Of a stretch of 64,000 nt of DNA, positions 49,261 to 57,556 are shown piece after piece (within the stretch, counting starts at the first letter, position 1; every line of letters begins with the position of its first letter). Source of the stretch: Vicinamibacteria bacterium (GTDB lineage Bacteria > Acidobacteriota > Vicinamibacteria > Marinacidobacterales > Marinacidobacteraceae); contig OY729431.1 of NCBI GenBank assembly GCA_963422395.1, positions 2,048,001 through 2,112,000 of the forward strand, given 5' to 3'. The position numbers were made by a program, and so were the translations under genes. The notes beneath the pieces were generated by a model. That model was not told the DNA's origin. It worked only from the letters and a program-made list of their open reading frames with translations, and ran no database searches.

Positions 49261-50893
49261 GTCGAGCCACCGCGCGGACCGCCTCCTCGAGACCCTCTCC
49301 GGTCACCGCCGAGACCGCGAGCGCCTCCGCGCCGGCAAGCCGGGCGGGGAGGGCGCTGCGTCCTCGGGGGCGAAGGCGATCCACCTTGTTCAGGAGCACG
49401 ATCCGCGGGATCGCTCCGAGCTCCAGCTCGTCGAGCAGCGTACTCACTGTTTCGGCGCGCGCCTCGAGGCGGGGATCCGCCGCATCCACCACCTGAAGCA
49501 GCAACGCCGCCGCCGAGATCTCTTCGAGAGTGGCGCGAAACGCCTCGATGAGATCTTCGGGAAGGTCGTGGATGAAGCCCACGGTGTCGGCGAGCAGCAC
49601 TTCCCGCTCGACGGGTACCCGCAGCCGCCGACTGACCGGATCGAGGGTCTCGAACATCCGGCTCCCCGCCGCCACCCGACTCTGCGTCAGCCGGTTGAGC
49701 AGCGTGGACTTCCCGGCGTTGGTGTACCCGACCAGCGAGACCACCGGCAGCCCGCGGGCGCCGCGCCGCTTGCGCCGCACCTCGCGCTTCTGCGCCACCC
49801 CCACGAGATCTCGCTGCAGTCGGCCGATCCGCGCGCGGGTCCGCCGCCGGTCCACCTCGAGGCGTGTCTCGCCGGGTCCCCGGCCCCCGATTCCGCCACC
49901 GAGCCGGGAAAGCGATGTGTCGCGCTGTACGAGCCGCGGCAGTCGGTAGCGCAGCTGCGCGAGCTCTACCTGCAGCTTGCCCTCGCGGCTCTGGGCCCGG
50001 CGGGCGAACACATCCAGGATCAGCTGGGTGCGGTCGAGTACCTTGAGGTCGGTCGCCTGGGAGATGTTCCGCGTCTGCGAGGGGCTCAGGTCGCAGGAGA
50101 AGAGGATCAGATCGGCCCCGCGATCGAGGGCGCGGATGACGAGTGCCTCCAGTTTCCCCCGTCCGAGAAGGGTTCGCGGATCGAGCCGGGGACGCCGCTG
50201 GACCACGCTGTCCACCACCACGAGCCCGGCGTCCCGCGCCAACTCTCCCAGTTCGCCGAGGGCATCGTCGAGAGGCGCCTCGCGTTCCCCGACTCCGACC
50301 AGAATGGCCCGTCCCGAGAACCGGCGGCTGGGATGCTCCGGGGCGGCCCGCGCGAAGTCGCGTTCGAGATCGGCGACCAATGCCGCGCAGTCGAGTTCGA
50401 ACCGGCCCGGGGGCGCCGGCTCGAGCAGCTCCCAGGGCGGTTCGTCCGGAGGCCGCTCGACGCCGGGGCGGACCGGGGGCCGGAGATGGGCGGCATGGAC
50501 CAGTCCCGGCAGTCCATCCGCCCCGACGGTGAGCGCCGCCATCAGATCCAGGCGCAGGATCACGAGGTCTGCGAGGTCGTCCCGGGTGAGCGGCTCGTCG
50601 GCGAGGTGGGTGTGCAAGACGCGCAGGCCGCGCAGCCGTTCCCCGGCGATCCGCTGCCGCCGCAGATCGGGAAGCTCGATGCGGTGCGCATCGCCGACCC
50701 CTACCCAGGTGACCGCCCCGCGGCGGTCCACGAGAACCCCCACCTGACGGCGGATGCTCCGGGAGACTCCCGCCAGCCGGCGGGCGAAGTCCTGGGTGAG
50801 CAGCGCCGCCGCCGGCAACCGCCGCTCGGTCAGCCGTTCGAGCGCGCGCCGGTCGCGGGTTTGCAACCCCGCGGTATTCCCCGCGACCCGCAA
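49187..50893 (-). CDS. hflX: GTPase HflX (long N-terminal form)
   Basis: DRTQLILDVF, GGIGGRGPGE, GYTNAGKST, DTVGFI, NKVD. Confidence 0.95.
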   Translation of the reverse strand: MRVAGNTAGLQTRDRRALERLTERRLPAAALLTQDFARRLAGVSRSIRRQVGVLVDRRGAVTWVGVGDAHRIELPDLRRQRIAGERLRGLRVLHTHLADEPLTRDDLADLVILRLDLMAALTVGADGLPGLVHAAHLRPPVRPGVERPPDEPPWELLEPAPPGRFELDCAALVADLERDFARAAPEHPSRRFSGRAILVGVGEREAPLDDALGELGELARDAGLVVVDSVVQRRPRLDPRTLLGRGKLEALVIRALDRGADLILFSCDLSPSQTRNISQATDLKVLDRTQLILDVFARRAQSREGKLQVELAQLRYRLPRLVQRDTSLSRLGGGIGGRGPGETRLEVDRRRTRARIGRLQRDLVGVAQKREVRRKRRGARGLPVVSLVGYTNAGKSTLLNRLTQSRVAAGSRMFETLDPVSRRLRVPVEREVLLADTVGFIHDLPEDLIEAFRATLEEISAAALLLQVVDAADPRLEARAETVSTLLDELELGAIPRIVLLNKVDRLRPRGRSALPARLAGAEALAVSAVTGEGLEEAVRAVARLIPMRPKGLLPMAPFPPQDLRLRP

Positions 50894-50917
50894 GAAGGGG
50901 GGATCCCCGGGTCCGCG

Positions 50918-52180
50918 TTACCGCGGCGGCGCGCCCCGGGAACGGCTGTCCGCAGCGCTGCCTCGGGGAGGTTGCCCACCCCGTTCCCGTTTCGCGTCGC
51001 GCAGCAGATCCAGTTTGGCACGCGCCGAGATGTAGTTCGGATCGATCTGAATGGCCCGCTCGTACTCTTCCATCGCCTCGTCCTCGTCCCCCATCTTCAT
51101 GAGCGTCTCGCCGAGGAAGAACCGCGCGTCGGCCATCCGCCGATTCTTCGAGAGTGCCTTCCGGAAATATTCGGCTGCCTTCCCGTACTGTCCCTCGTGG
51201 TAGTGGACTACCCCGAGGTGATAGGGCACATAGGCGTTCGAGTCATCGTTGCGCGCCGCCTGCTGGAACTCGAGGATCGCCTCCTCGATGTCCCCGAGGG
51301 TGTAGTAGGCGCTCGCCAGATTGGCGCGAGCCTCGGTGAAGTCCGGCTCGATGTCCAGCGCCAGCTGGTACTGCTCGATCGCCTCGTCCACGCGCCCGCG
51401 CCGTTTGAAGGCCACCCCGAGGTTGTTGCGGGCCCGGTTGAAGTTCGGTCGGATCGAAAGCGCGAGCTCGTACATCTCGATCTCCCGCGCCAGCGGATCG
51501 AATCCCCCCTGGTCGGCGAGCGCTTCGGCGAAATAGCCGTACAGGAAACCCTGGTTGTTGTAGAAGTTCGAGATCGCCTCGAAATCGTCGATGATCCTCT
51601 CCCCGGCGTATTCGCGTTCCGGATTCGCGGTGAAGTCCACGACGATCAGGTCGGGGCCGTCCTTGACGCCGCCGGTGATGTGGCCGCTGTTGACGATCAC
51701 CTCGGCTTCCTTGGTCACCTTCTCGATCGTCGTCACATCGACATAGACCGCTTCCACGCCCACCGCGCGCAACATGCCCACGAAGAGATTCGTGTAGGCG
51801 AGGCAGTTGCCCCGCCCCTCGCGGAAGACGCTCCTCGCGGTCTTGTTGGACAGCCAGTCGTAGGAGATGGAGCCCCCGGTGTGCTGCCGGATGGCGCGGA
51901 CGACGGCGCGCATCTTCTCCTTGTCGGTACGCAGATTCTCGGTGACCCGGAACGCGAGTTCGCGAATCTCGTCGTCTATCTCGAACGGGATCTCGACCCG
52001 GGCGAGCATTTCCGGGGTGATCCGGTGATTCAGGTCGGCGCGGATCTCTTCGACCGTCCAAGCCCGTTTGGGCACGGTGCCGCATCCGGCGAGCCCGACC
52101 GCAGCCGCCGGCAGGCACACGGCGATGAGCGGGAAAACCGAGCGGAAGCTACGGAGGCTGCCGAGTTTCGAGGAAATCAC
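50918..52180 (-). CDS. Lipoprotein with transglutaminase-like domain and TPR repeats
   Basis: LAGC lipobox; GNCLAY/GH/VDF putative Cys-His-Asp triad; NNLGV, NLASAY, HLGVV TPRs. Confidence 0.75.
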   Translation of the reverse strand: MISSKLGSLRSFRSVFPLIAVCLPAAAVGLAGCGTVPKRAWTVEEIRADLNHRITPEMLARVEIPFEIDDEIRELAFRVTENLRTDKEKMRAVVRAIRQHTGGSISYDWLSNKTARSVFREGRGNCLAYTNLFVGMLRAVGVEAVYVDVTTIEKVTKEAEVIVNSGHITGGVKDGPDLIVVDFTANPEREYAGERIIDDFEAISNFYNNQGFLYGYFAEALADQGGFDPLAREIEMYELALSIRPNFNRARNNLGVAFKRRGRVDEAIEQYQLALDIEPDFTEARANLASAYYTLGDIEEAILEFQQAARNDDSNAYVPYHLGVVHYHEGQYGKAAEYFRKALSKNRRMADARFFLGETLMKMGDEDEAMEEYERAIQIDPNYISARAKLDLLRDAKRERGGQPPRGSAADSRSRGAPPR

Positions 52181-52339
52181 CGGAGCCGAGTATAGCCCGG
52201 CAACCGGTACGGTCCGTTCAGTTGCGGGGGGTCCCGGCCGAGCATATTCTTCGGGCCTGTTTTTCCGGCTGAGCTCGTGGCCGACGGGACCTCCCGGCGG
52301 TGGTTCCACTCCGTAAGCCGGTCCGGAACAGGAGGCCCC

Positions 52340-53965
52340 ATGCCCGACCCACCGCGAACCCTCGCCCTCTTTTCCTCGCTGCCGCAGATGGTTCTTGCCG
52401 CGCTGCTCCTGACCGCGCTCACGGTTCCGGCGCTCGCGCAAGACGATCTGAGCCGTGGCGACCGGCGCTGGCTGGAGGAAGTCGAGCCGATCATGACGGC
52501 GCAGGAGCGCCAGGCGTTCGAGCAGCTTCCGAAGGGCGAGCGCAATCGGTTCAAGGAACATTTCTGGTCGCGGCGCAGCCAGAACCCCCACGATCCGGAT
52601 CGTGCCGAAGACGCCTTCGATGCCTGGCGCAAACAGGCGGACGACCAGTTCGGGCAGCGGGGACAGAAAGGTTCGCGCTCGGACATGGCGCTCGTGATGT
52701 TGCTCTTCGGACCGCCCGACAACCGCGAACAGGTCGGGGGACGGGGTGCCGGCCCGGGCGGCGGAAGGCCGCCGGCGGGCGCGACCGGAAACAATCCGAT
52801 CGGTGAGGGCGGCGGCAGCCCGGGCGCCGGCGGAGGCGGAGGCGGCTCGGGCGGCGGCATGGGGATGGGCGGCCCGAGCGGCGGCATGAAGTTCCTCTAT
52901 GTCCCGAATCCCGACCGCGGTCTTCCCGACGGGCTGACCCTCGAGATGCGCAACACGAACCTCGGGATGCGGCTCGTTCGGAACGACGAGATCGAAGCGG
53001 CGATCGAGCGGGCGCGCCAGCGCCAGATCGTGTGGCCGAGCCAGATCAACTTCAGCCTGAACGCCGAAGGCGAGCTGCCCGATGTGGAGGACCTGTTCGG
53101 ATCCGAAACGAGAGCCCTGCTGGACCCGAACAGCCCCGGCAAGACGATCCTGAACGCGCTTCGGGACGGGGGAGAGACCAGCGAGGCGATCGGGATGTCC
53201 CCCAGTTTCTCGTTCTTCCGCTCGAACGCCGGCGACACCTATGTCGCCGCGGTCTTCGAGCTGGACGCCGAGGCCCTCACCTGGGACGACGGCACCGCTT
53301 CGCTGCAGGTCTTCTACAATGTGGTGGACGCGCTCGGGACCGTGATCGGCTACGACGAGCGCACCGTCGAAGTCGCCAGAGCTGCTGCGGGCGCGCCGGT
53401 CGTGCTCGAAATGCCGATGCAGATGGCGCCCGGCTCCTATTCGATCTTTGCGGGGGTCCTCGACCCGGTAACCGGGGAGCACGGCTCGATCGCGTGGGAG
53501 CTCGACAGCCCCGATTTCTCGAGCGGCGAGTTCATGCTGTCCTCCTTGGCGCTCTTCTCGGACGGCTCGCGGGCCGAGGATTTCACTCCGGCCCCGGGGC
53601 GCGCGCTCCTCGTCGGCGGATTCCATTTCACCCCCCGGATATCCCGCACCTATGGACCGGACAGCGATCTGCGGCTGGTGTTCAACGCCTACGGATACGA
53701 CACCAGCTCCGAGCCGAACCTGAGCTGGCAGATCACCTTCTTCAAGGACGGCGAGCAATACTTGCGCTACAACCCGACGCCGTTCAACCTCGCATCGACC
53801 GATTTGGCGATCGCCATCGTGGATGTCCCTCTCGCGCGGCTTTTCTCCGACGGCCGCCGAGAAAGTTTCGAACCCGGCGAATACACCGCCGAGATCACGG
53901 TGCAGGATGAGGTGGGCAAGCAGGCGTTGACCGAGGTCGTCGAATTCCAGGTCGCGGGCTCCTGA
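52340..53965 (+). CDS. GWxTD-domain protein (variant signature GSRSD)
   Basis: GGAGG RBS; signal peptide; WLEEVEPIMT..E...FW..R..ADDQF..GSRSDM..LLFGPPD; C-terminal Ig-like domains. Confidence 0.75.
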   Translation: MPDPPRTLALFSSLPQMVLAALLLTALTVPALAQDDLSRGDRRWLEEVEPIMTAQERQAFEQLPKGERNRFKEHFWSRRSQNPHDPDRAEDAFDAWRKQADDQFGQRGQKGSRSDMALVMLLFGPPDNREQVGGRGAGPGGGRPPAGATGNNPIGEGGGSPGAGGGGGGSGGGMGMGGPSGGMKFLYVPNPDRGLPDGLTLEMRNTNLGMRLVRNDEIEAAIERARQRQIVWPSQINFSLNAEGELPDVEDLFGSETRALLDPNSPGKTILNALRDGGETSEAIGMSPSFSFFRSNAGDTYVAAVFELDAEALTWDDGTASLQVFYNVVDALGTVIGYDERTVEVARAAAGAPVVLEMPMQMAPGSYSIFAGVLDPVTGEHGSIAWELDSPDFSSGEFMLSSLALFSDGSRAEDFTPAPGRALLVGGFHFTPRISRTYGPDSDLRLVFNAYGYDTSSEPNLSWQITFFKDGEQYLRYNPTPFNLASTDLAIAIVDVPLARLFSDGRRESFEPGEYTAEITVQDEVGKQALTEVVEFQVAGS

Positions 53966-54000
53966 GTCGCGGGCTCCTGATCCTGCACCGCAGACGGGAA

Positions 54001-54138
54001 ACGCTTCGCTCTTCGTTGCGAATCAGTCGGAATACGCCCGGTATGCCTCCCGATTCGCGCCTTGTCCGCCAGGCGCCGCCCCCACCGGGAGAACTGGCCC
54101 GTCTCGGTGCTCGCGCCACTTCATCCACGGACTGCTAC
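54001..54138 (-). mobile_element. MITE-like copy (left two-thirds, inverted)
   Basis: Reverse complement aligns over more than 100 nt with 62781-62902 (gtagcag..gtggat.aagtggcgcgagc; aggcgcga.tcgggaggcataccggg.gtattccgac; cgcaacg). Confidence 0.85.
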
Positions 54139-55388
54139 CTGCGGTCCTCGCGGGTTCCGGGGCGCTCTTCGTCATCAGCAGCTGCGGCAGGGCCGATCGG
54201 CAGCACGCCCTGCTGTCGGGCGCCGGCAACCTGGCCACGACCCGGGCGGCCGTCGCTCCGGCGGCTCCGGCGGCCGGGGAAGCCGGCGTCCAGGACTCGG
54301 TGTACGAGGCGCTCGAAGTGTTCGGAGGCGCCCTGAAGCTGATCCGCGATCAGTATCTCCAGCCGGTCGAAGCCGAAGCGCTCATGGACGGAGCAGTGCG
54401 CGGCATCTTCGATGCGCTCGACCCGGACAGCGCCTACTTGAGCGCCAGTGAGGCCGCCCGCTACCGGAGCCGCACCGAGGCCGAGGGAACGATCGGAATC
54501 GGTCTCCAGAAGCGCTACTACCTCCATGTGGACGATGTCCTGCCGGGATCACCCGCCGCCAGTGCGGGAATCGAACGGGGGGACGCCATCACCACGATCG
54601 CCGGGCGGAACACCCGCGGCCTGCGGATCCCGGTGGCTCATCTGCTGCTGGCCGGGCCGCCCGGCTCGACGGTCGAACTCACGGTACGGAAGACCGCCGA
54701 CGATGCCTCGGACGCTCTCGAGATCCAACGGGCGGTGCTCGCGGATCCACCGGTGGAACACCAGACGGCCGGCGACGGCATCGGACTGCTTCGGATTCGC
54801 CGCTTCCACCAGGAGACCCCCGCGCAGCTCGCCGCGGCGGTCCGAGCGCTCGAGGCCAGCGGAGCTTCGGCGCTCGCCATCGACCTCCGCGGCAGCCGCG
54901 GGGACGGCGCCGGCTGCGAGGCGGGAGCGGCCGCCGCCGGAGTCTTCATGGAGGGAGTGATCGCCCGGCGCATCGGGCGCGACGAGACGGGCGAGGAAAC
55001 CTCGGTGCCGCTCGAGGCCTCGGCGGCCGAAACGATCTTCACCGGTCCCCTCGCCGTCATCGTGAACACGAGCACGGTGTGCCCGGGGGAGGTGCTGGCC
55101 GCCGCGCTCGCGGCGCGCGAGGCAGCGGATGTGGTCGGATCCCGGACTGCAGGGCGCACCGGACTCACGGAACTGATCGAGCTGCCGGAAGGAGATGCCG
55201 TGCTTCTCTCCACCGCGCACATTCGGGGCGTTTCCGGCGAGGACATCCTGGGAGTCGGAGTGCGGCCCACCCTGAACGCCGAGGACCTCGGCATCGAACC
55301 CGGAGACCTGGAAGAGGAAGACTCCCCGCTGGACCTGGCGATTCGGGCCCTGCAACATCGCCGGAGGGCGGCGGAAGACCCCGCCTGA
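54132..55388 (+). CDS. S41/CtpA-like PDZ protease homologue with altered catalytic residues; canonical start missing (first GTG at 54300)
   Basis: LDPDSAY, PDZ GSPA..GIERGD, IDLRG, IVNTSTVCPGE, TAGR, GVRP; in-frame lipoprotein-like signal (VISSC) at about 54132-54185. Confidence 0.8.
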   Translation: MLPAVLAGSGALFVISSCGRADRQHALLSGAGNLATTRAAVAPAAPAAGEAGVQDSVYEALEVFGGALKLIRDQYLQPVEAEALMDGAVRGIFDALDPDSAYLSASEAARYRSRTEAEGTIGIGLQKRYYLHVDDVLPGSPAASAGIERGDAITTIAGRNTRGLRIPVAHLLLAGPPGSTVELTVRKTADDASDALEIQRAVLADPPVEHQTAGDGIGLLRIRRFHQETPAQLAAAVRALEASGASALAIDLRGSRGDGAGCEAGAAAAGVFMEGVIARRIGRDETGEETSVPLEASAAETIFTGPLAVIVNTSTVCPGEVLAAALAAREAADVVGSRTAGRTGLTELIELPEGDAVLLSTAHIRGVSGEDILGVGVRPTLNAEDLGIEPGDLEEEDSPLDLAIRALQHRRRAAEDPA

Positions 55389-55457
55389 GCCCGCAGGGCT
55401 CCCCGCTCGGGAAGCTGTGCCGGCCGTGATCCGAGCTTCCAGACCGGCAGACATGCG

Positions 55458-56498
55458 GTGATCAGCAGGCGCCTTCTCCTTCTCGGCATCGTGGCGAGTC
55501 TCGCCGCAACGGCCCTCGGGTTCGGCGCCCGACAGCGGCTTCGCGCCCGGGAACTGAAGGCGGCGCTCTCCTTTCCGTTCGCGGCGTATCGCGGCGAAAT
55601 TCTGCTCCGGGTGGAACGCGGCTCGAACGCGAGGTCCATCGCGGACCGGCTGCAGGCTGCGGGGGTGATCGCCGATCGGGAGACCTTCCGCCGCGGAGCC
55701 GCGGCGCAGAACCTCGGCACGCGGCTCCAGGCAGGGCTCTATCGCTTCGATCTCCCGCTGACTCCGCAGGAGGTCCTGGACCGAATCGCGGCGGGCGAGG
55801 TAGCGACCCGGACGGTGACGCTCCCCGAAGGGCTGGACCTGAGGGATACCGCCCGCAGCCTCGCGGACCAGGGAGCGGGCAGCGCAGCGGAATTGCGGGC
55901 GGTGTTTTCGGACCCGCGCGTGACCGAACGGCTGATCGGAAGCCTCGATCCGCAAGCCGAAACCCTCGAGGGATACCTCTTTCCGAACACCTACCAGCTG
56001 CCTCCCGACGCGCTTCCCGAACGGGTGGCCGCCGTGCTGGTCGGCGCGTTCCGGACCCTGTGGAGCGAGGAGCGGCGAGCCCGGGCGGAAGCGTTCGAGA
56101 GGTCCCTCCGCGAGATCGCAACCCTCGCTTCCATCGTCGAAAAGGAAACCGGCGCTGCCAGCGAACGCGCGAGGATCGCTTCGGTTTTCTGGAACCGGTT
56201 GCGTCTCGGCATGCCCCTCCAGTCCGACCCCACCGTGCTATTCGCCATGCGCCAGGCCGGCGACTATGGGAACGACATCCGCAAGCGCGATCTCGACATC
56301 GCCTCCCCCTACAACACCTATCAGGCCGCAGGGATTCCTCCCGGCCCCATCGCGTCGTTCGGCACCGCTTCCCTCGACGCCGTACTCTCTCCCGAGAGGA
56401 CCGATTTCCTCTATTTCGTGTCCCGCAACGACGGCACCCACGAGTTCAACCGCACCCTCCGCGAACACAACCGCGCAGTGCAGCAGTGGCAGAGATAG
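55458..56498 (+). CDS. mltG: Endolytic transglycosylase MltG
   Basis: LPEG, EGYLFPNTY, ASIVEKE, LQSDPT, SPYNTY..GIPPGPI, LYFVS. Confidence 0.95.
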   Translation: MISRRLLLLGIVASLAATALGFGARQRLRARELKAALSFPFAAYRGEILLRVERGSNARSIADRLQAAGVIADRETFRRGAAAQNLGTRLQAGLYRFDLPLTPQEVLDRIAAGEVATRTVTLPEGLDLRDTARSLADQGAGSAAELRAVFSDPRVTERLIGSLDPQAETLEGYLFPNTYQLPPDALPERVAAVLVGAFRTLWSEERRARAEAFERSLREIATLASIVEKETGAASERARIASVFWNRLRLGMPLQSDPTVLFAMRQAGDYGNDIRKRDLDIASPYNTYQAAGIPPGPIASFGTASLDAVLSPERTDFLYFVSRNDGTHEFNRTLREHNRAVQQWQR

Positions 56499-56505
56499 GG
56501 GTCGA

Positions 56506-56582
56506 GCGGTTCGGGGGCGGGGCGTCAGGATGGCGTCGGGCGTTCTTGGGGGAGGAGGGAGGATGCCCCGCCCCCGAACCGC
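56506..56582. repeat. 21-bp inverted repeat with 35-nt loop downstream of mltG
   Basis: gcggttcgggggcggggcgtc ... gatgccccgcccccgaaccgc (20/21 complementary). Confidence 0.85.
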
Positions 56583-56694
56583 CCGGCGCTCCGCGCCGCG
56601 AATCGCACTCCTGCCGCTCAGAACCAGTCCCCCAGACTCGATCCGCGGTCAGACCGGATCAGGCGGCAGCGAGTCCGATTCGAAATCACCATTC

Positions 56695-56722
56695 TGTGAA
56701 CGGGGGTGAACCCCCTTTCACA
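56695..56722. terminator. Hairpin between convergent mltG and rnhB; possible terminator
   Basis: tgtgaa-c-ggggg-tgaa-ccccc-t-ttcaca with only a weak U tract. Confidence 0.45.
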
Positions 56723-56778
56723 CTTTCCCCCGCTGCGACGCGCCCGAAGCACCGCTTCGGCCGCAACATCCTGCCGTT

Positions 56779-57492
56779 TCAGAACAATGTCGGGGCGCCG
56801 CGGAGTTCGCGGAGGACTTCCCAGTTCCAGCTGCGGCGGGTCTCCGGAGGGAGCTCGCCGGTTCGGGCGTGATAGCGGCGGAGGAAGTCCCCAGTGGCAG
56901 CGTTCGTGTAGCCGCCGCCCTGCATCTCGCCGAAATCCGGGCGGTAGCGGTCGGCGATCTCCGAGAAGAGGGTGTCGCGGCGGTCCTTGGCGACGACGCT
57001 CGCTGCAGCGACCGCCGCATGGCGTGACTCGCCGCCGTCCACCGCCTCGAGGCGGGGCCAGTGCAACCGCAGGAGCTCGAACAGCCGGCGGCCGTCGGCG
57101 ACCACCCGACGGATCGGACCGATTCCCCCGCTGATTTCCTCGATGATTTCGGCAGCGGCGCGGCGTTCGAGGACATTCAGATCTCCAGCCTCGGTATAGC
57201 GGTCCACCTCGGCAGCGGAAAACACCCGGACGGCGATCCGCTCGGCGATCCGTTCGATGGGCTCGGCGAGCGCCCGGCGGCGGGTCCGAGCCCGCGCCCC
57301 GGCGCCGAAACCCTTCGAGTCGCGGACTCCCAGCCGGGTGAGGGCGCCGGCCTTCCGGAAGTCGAGCGCTACCCCCGCCACCACCAGCGGCCCGAGCACT
57401 GCTCCCCGCCCAGCCTCGTCGATACCGAGGACGATGCGTGAATCCACTCGCTCTCCCTCCCGCTCATCCGGCAGCAGATCGCCGAGTCCCAT
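56779..57492 (-). CDS. rnhB: Ribonuclease HII (archaeal/eukaryote-like subtype)
   Basis: GIDEAGRG.VLGPLVV, GVRDSK, VAAASVVAK, GGY...T..FL...RRSW. Confidence 0.9.
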   Translation of the reverse strand: MGLGDLLPDEREGERVDSRIVLGIDEAGRGAVLGPLVVAGVALDFRKAGALTRLGVRDSKGFGAGARARTRRRALAEPIERIAERIAVRVFSAAEVDRYTEAGDLNVLERRAAAEIIEEISGGIGPIRRVVADGRRLFELLRLHWPRLEAVDGGESRHAAVAAASVVAKDRRDTLFSEIADRYRPDFGEMQGGGYTNAATGDFLRRYHARTGELPPETRRSWNWEVLRELRGAPTLF

Positions 57493-57556
57493 CCAGGAGT
57501 GCACCGCCGGCGAAGCGGCCCCCAGGAGGGGGCCGGGAATAGAGTTCCCGACCATC

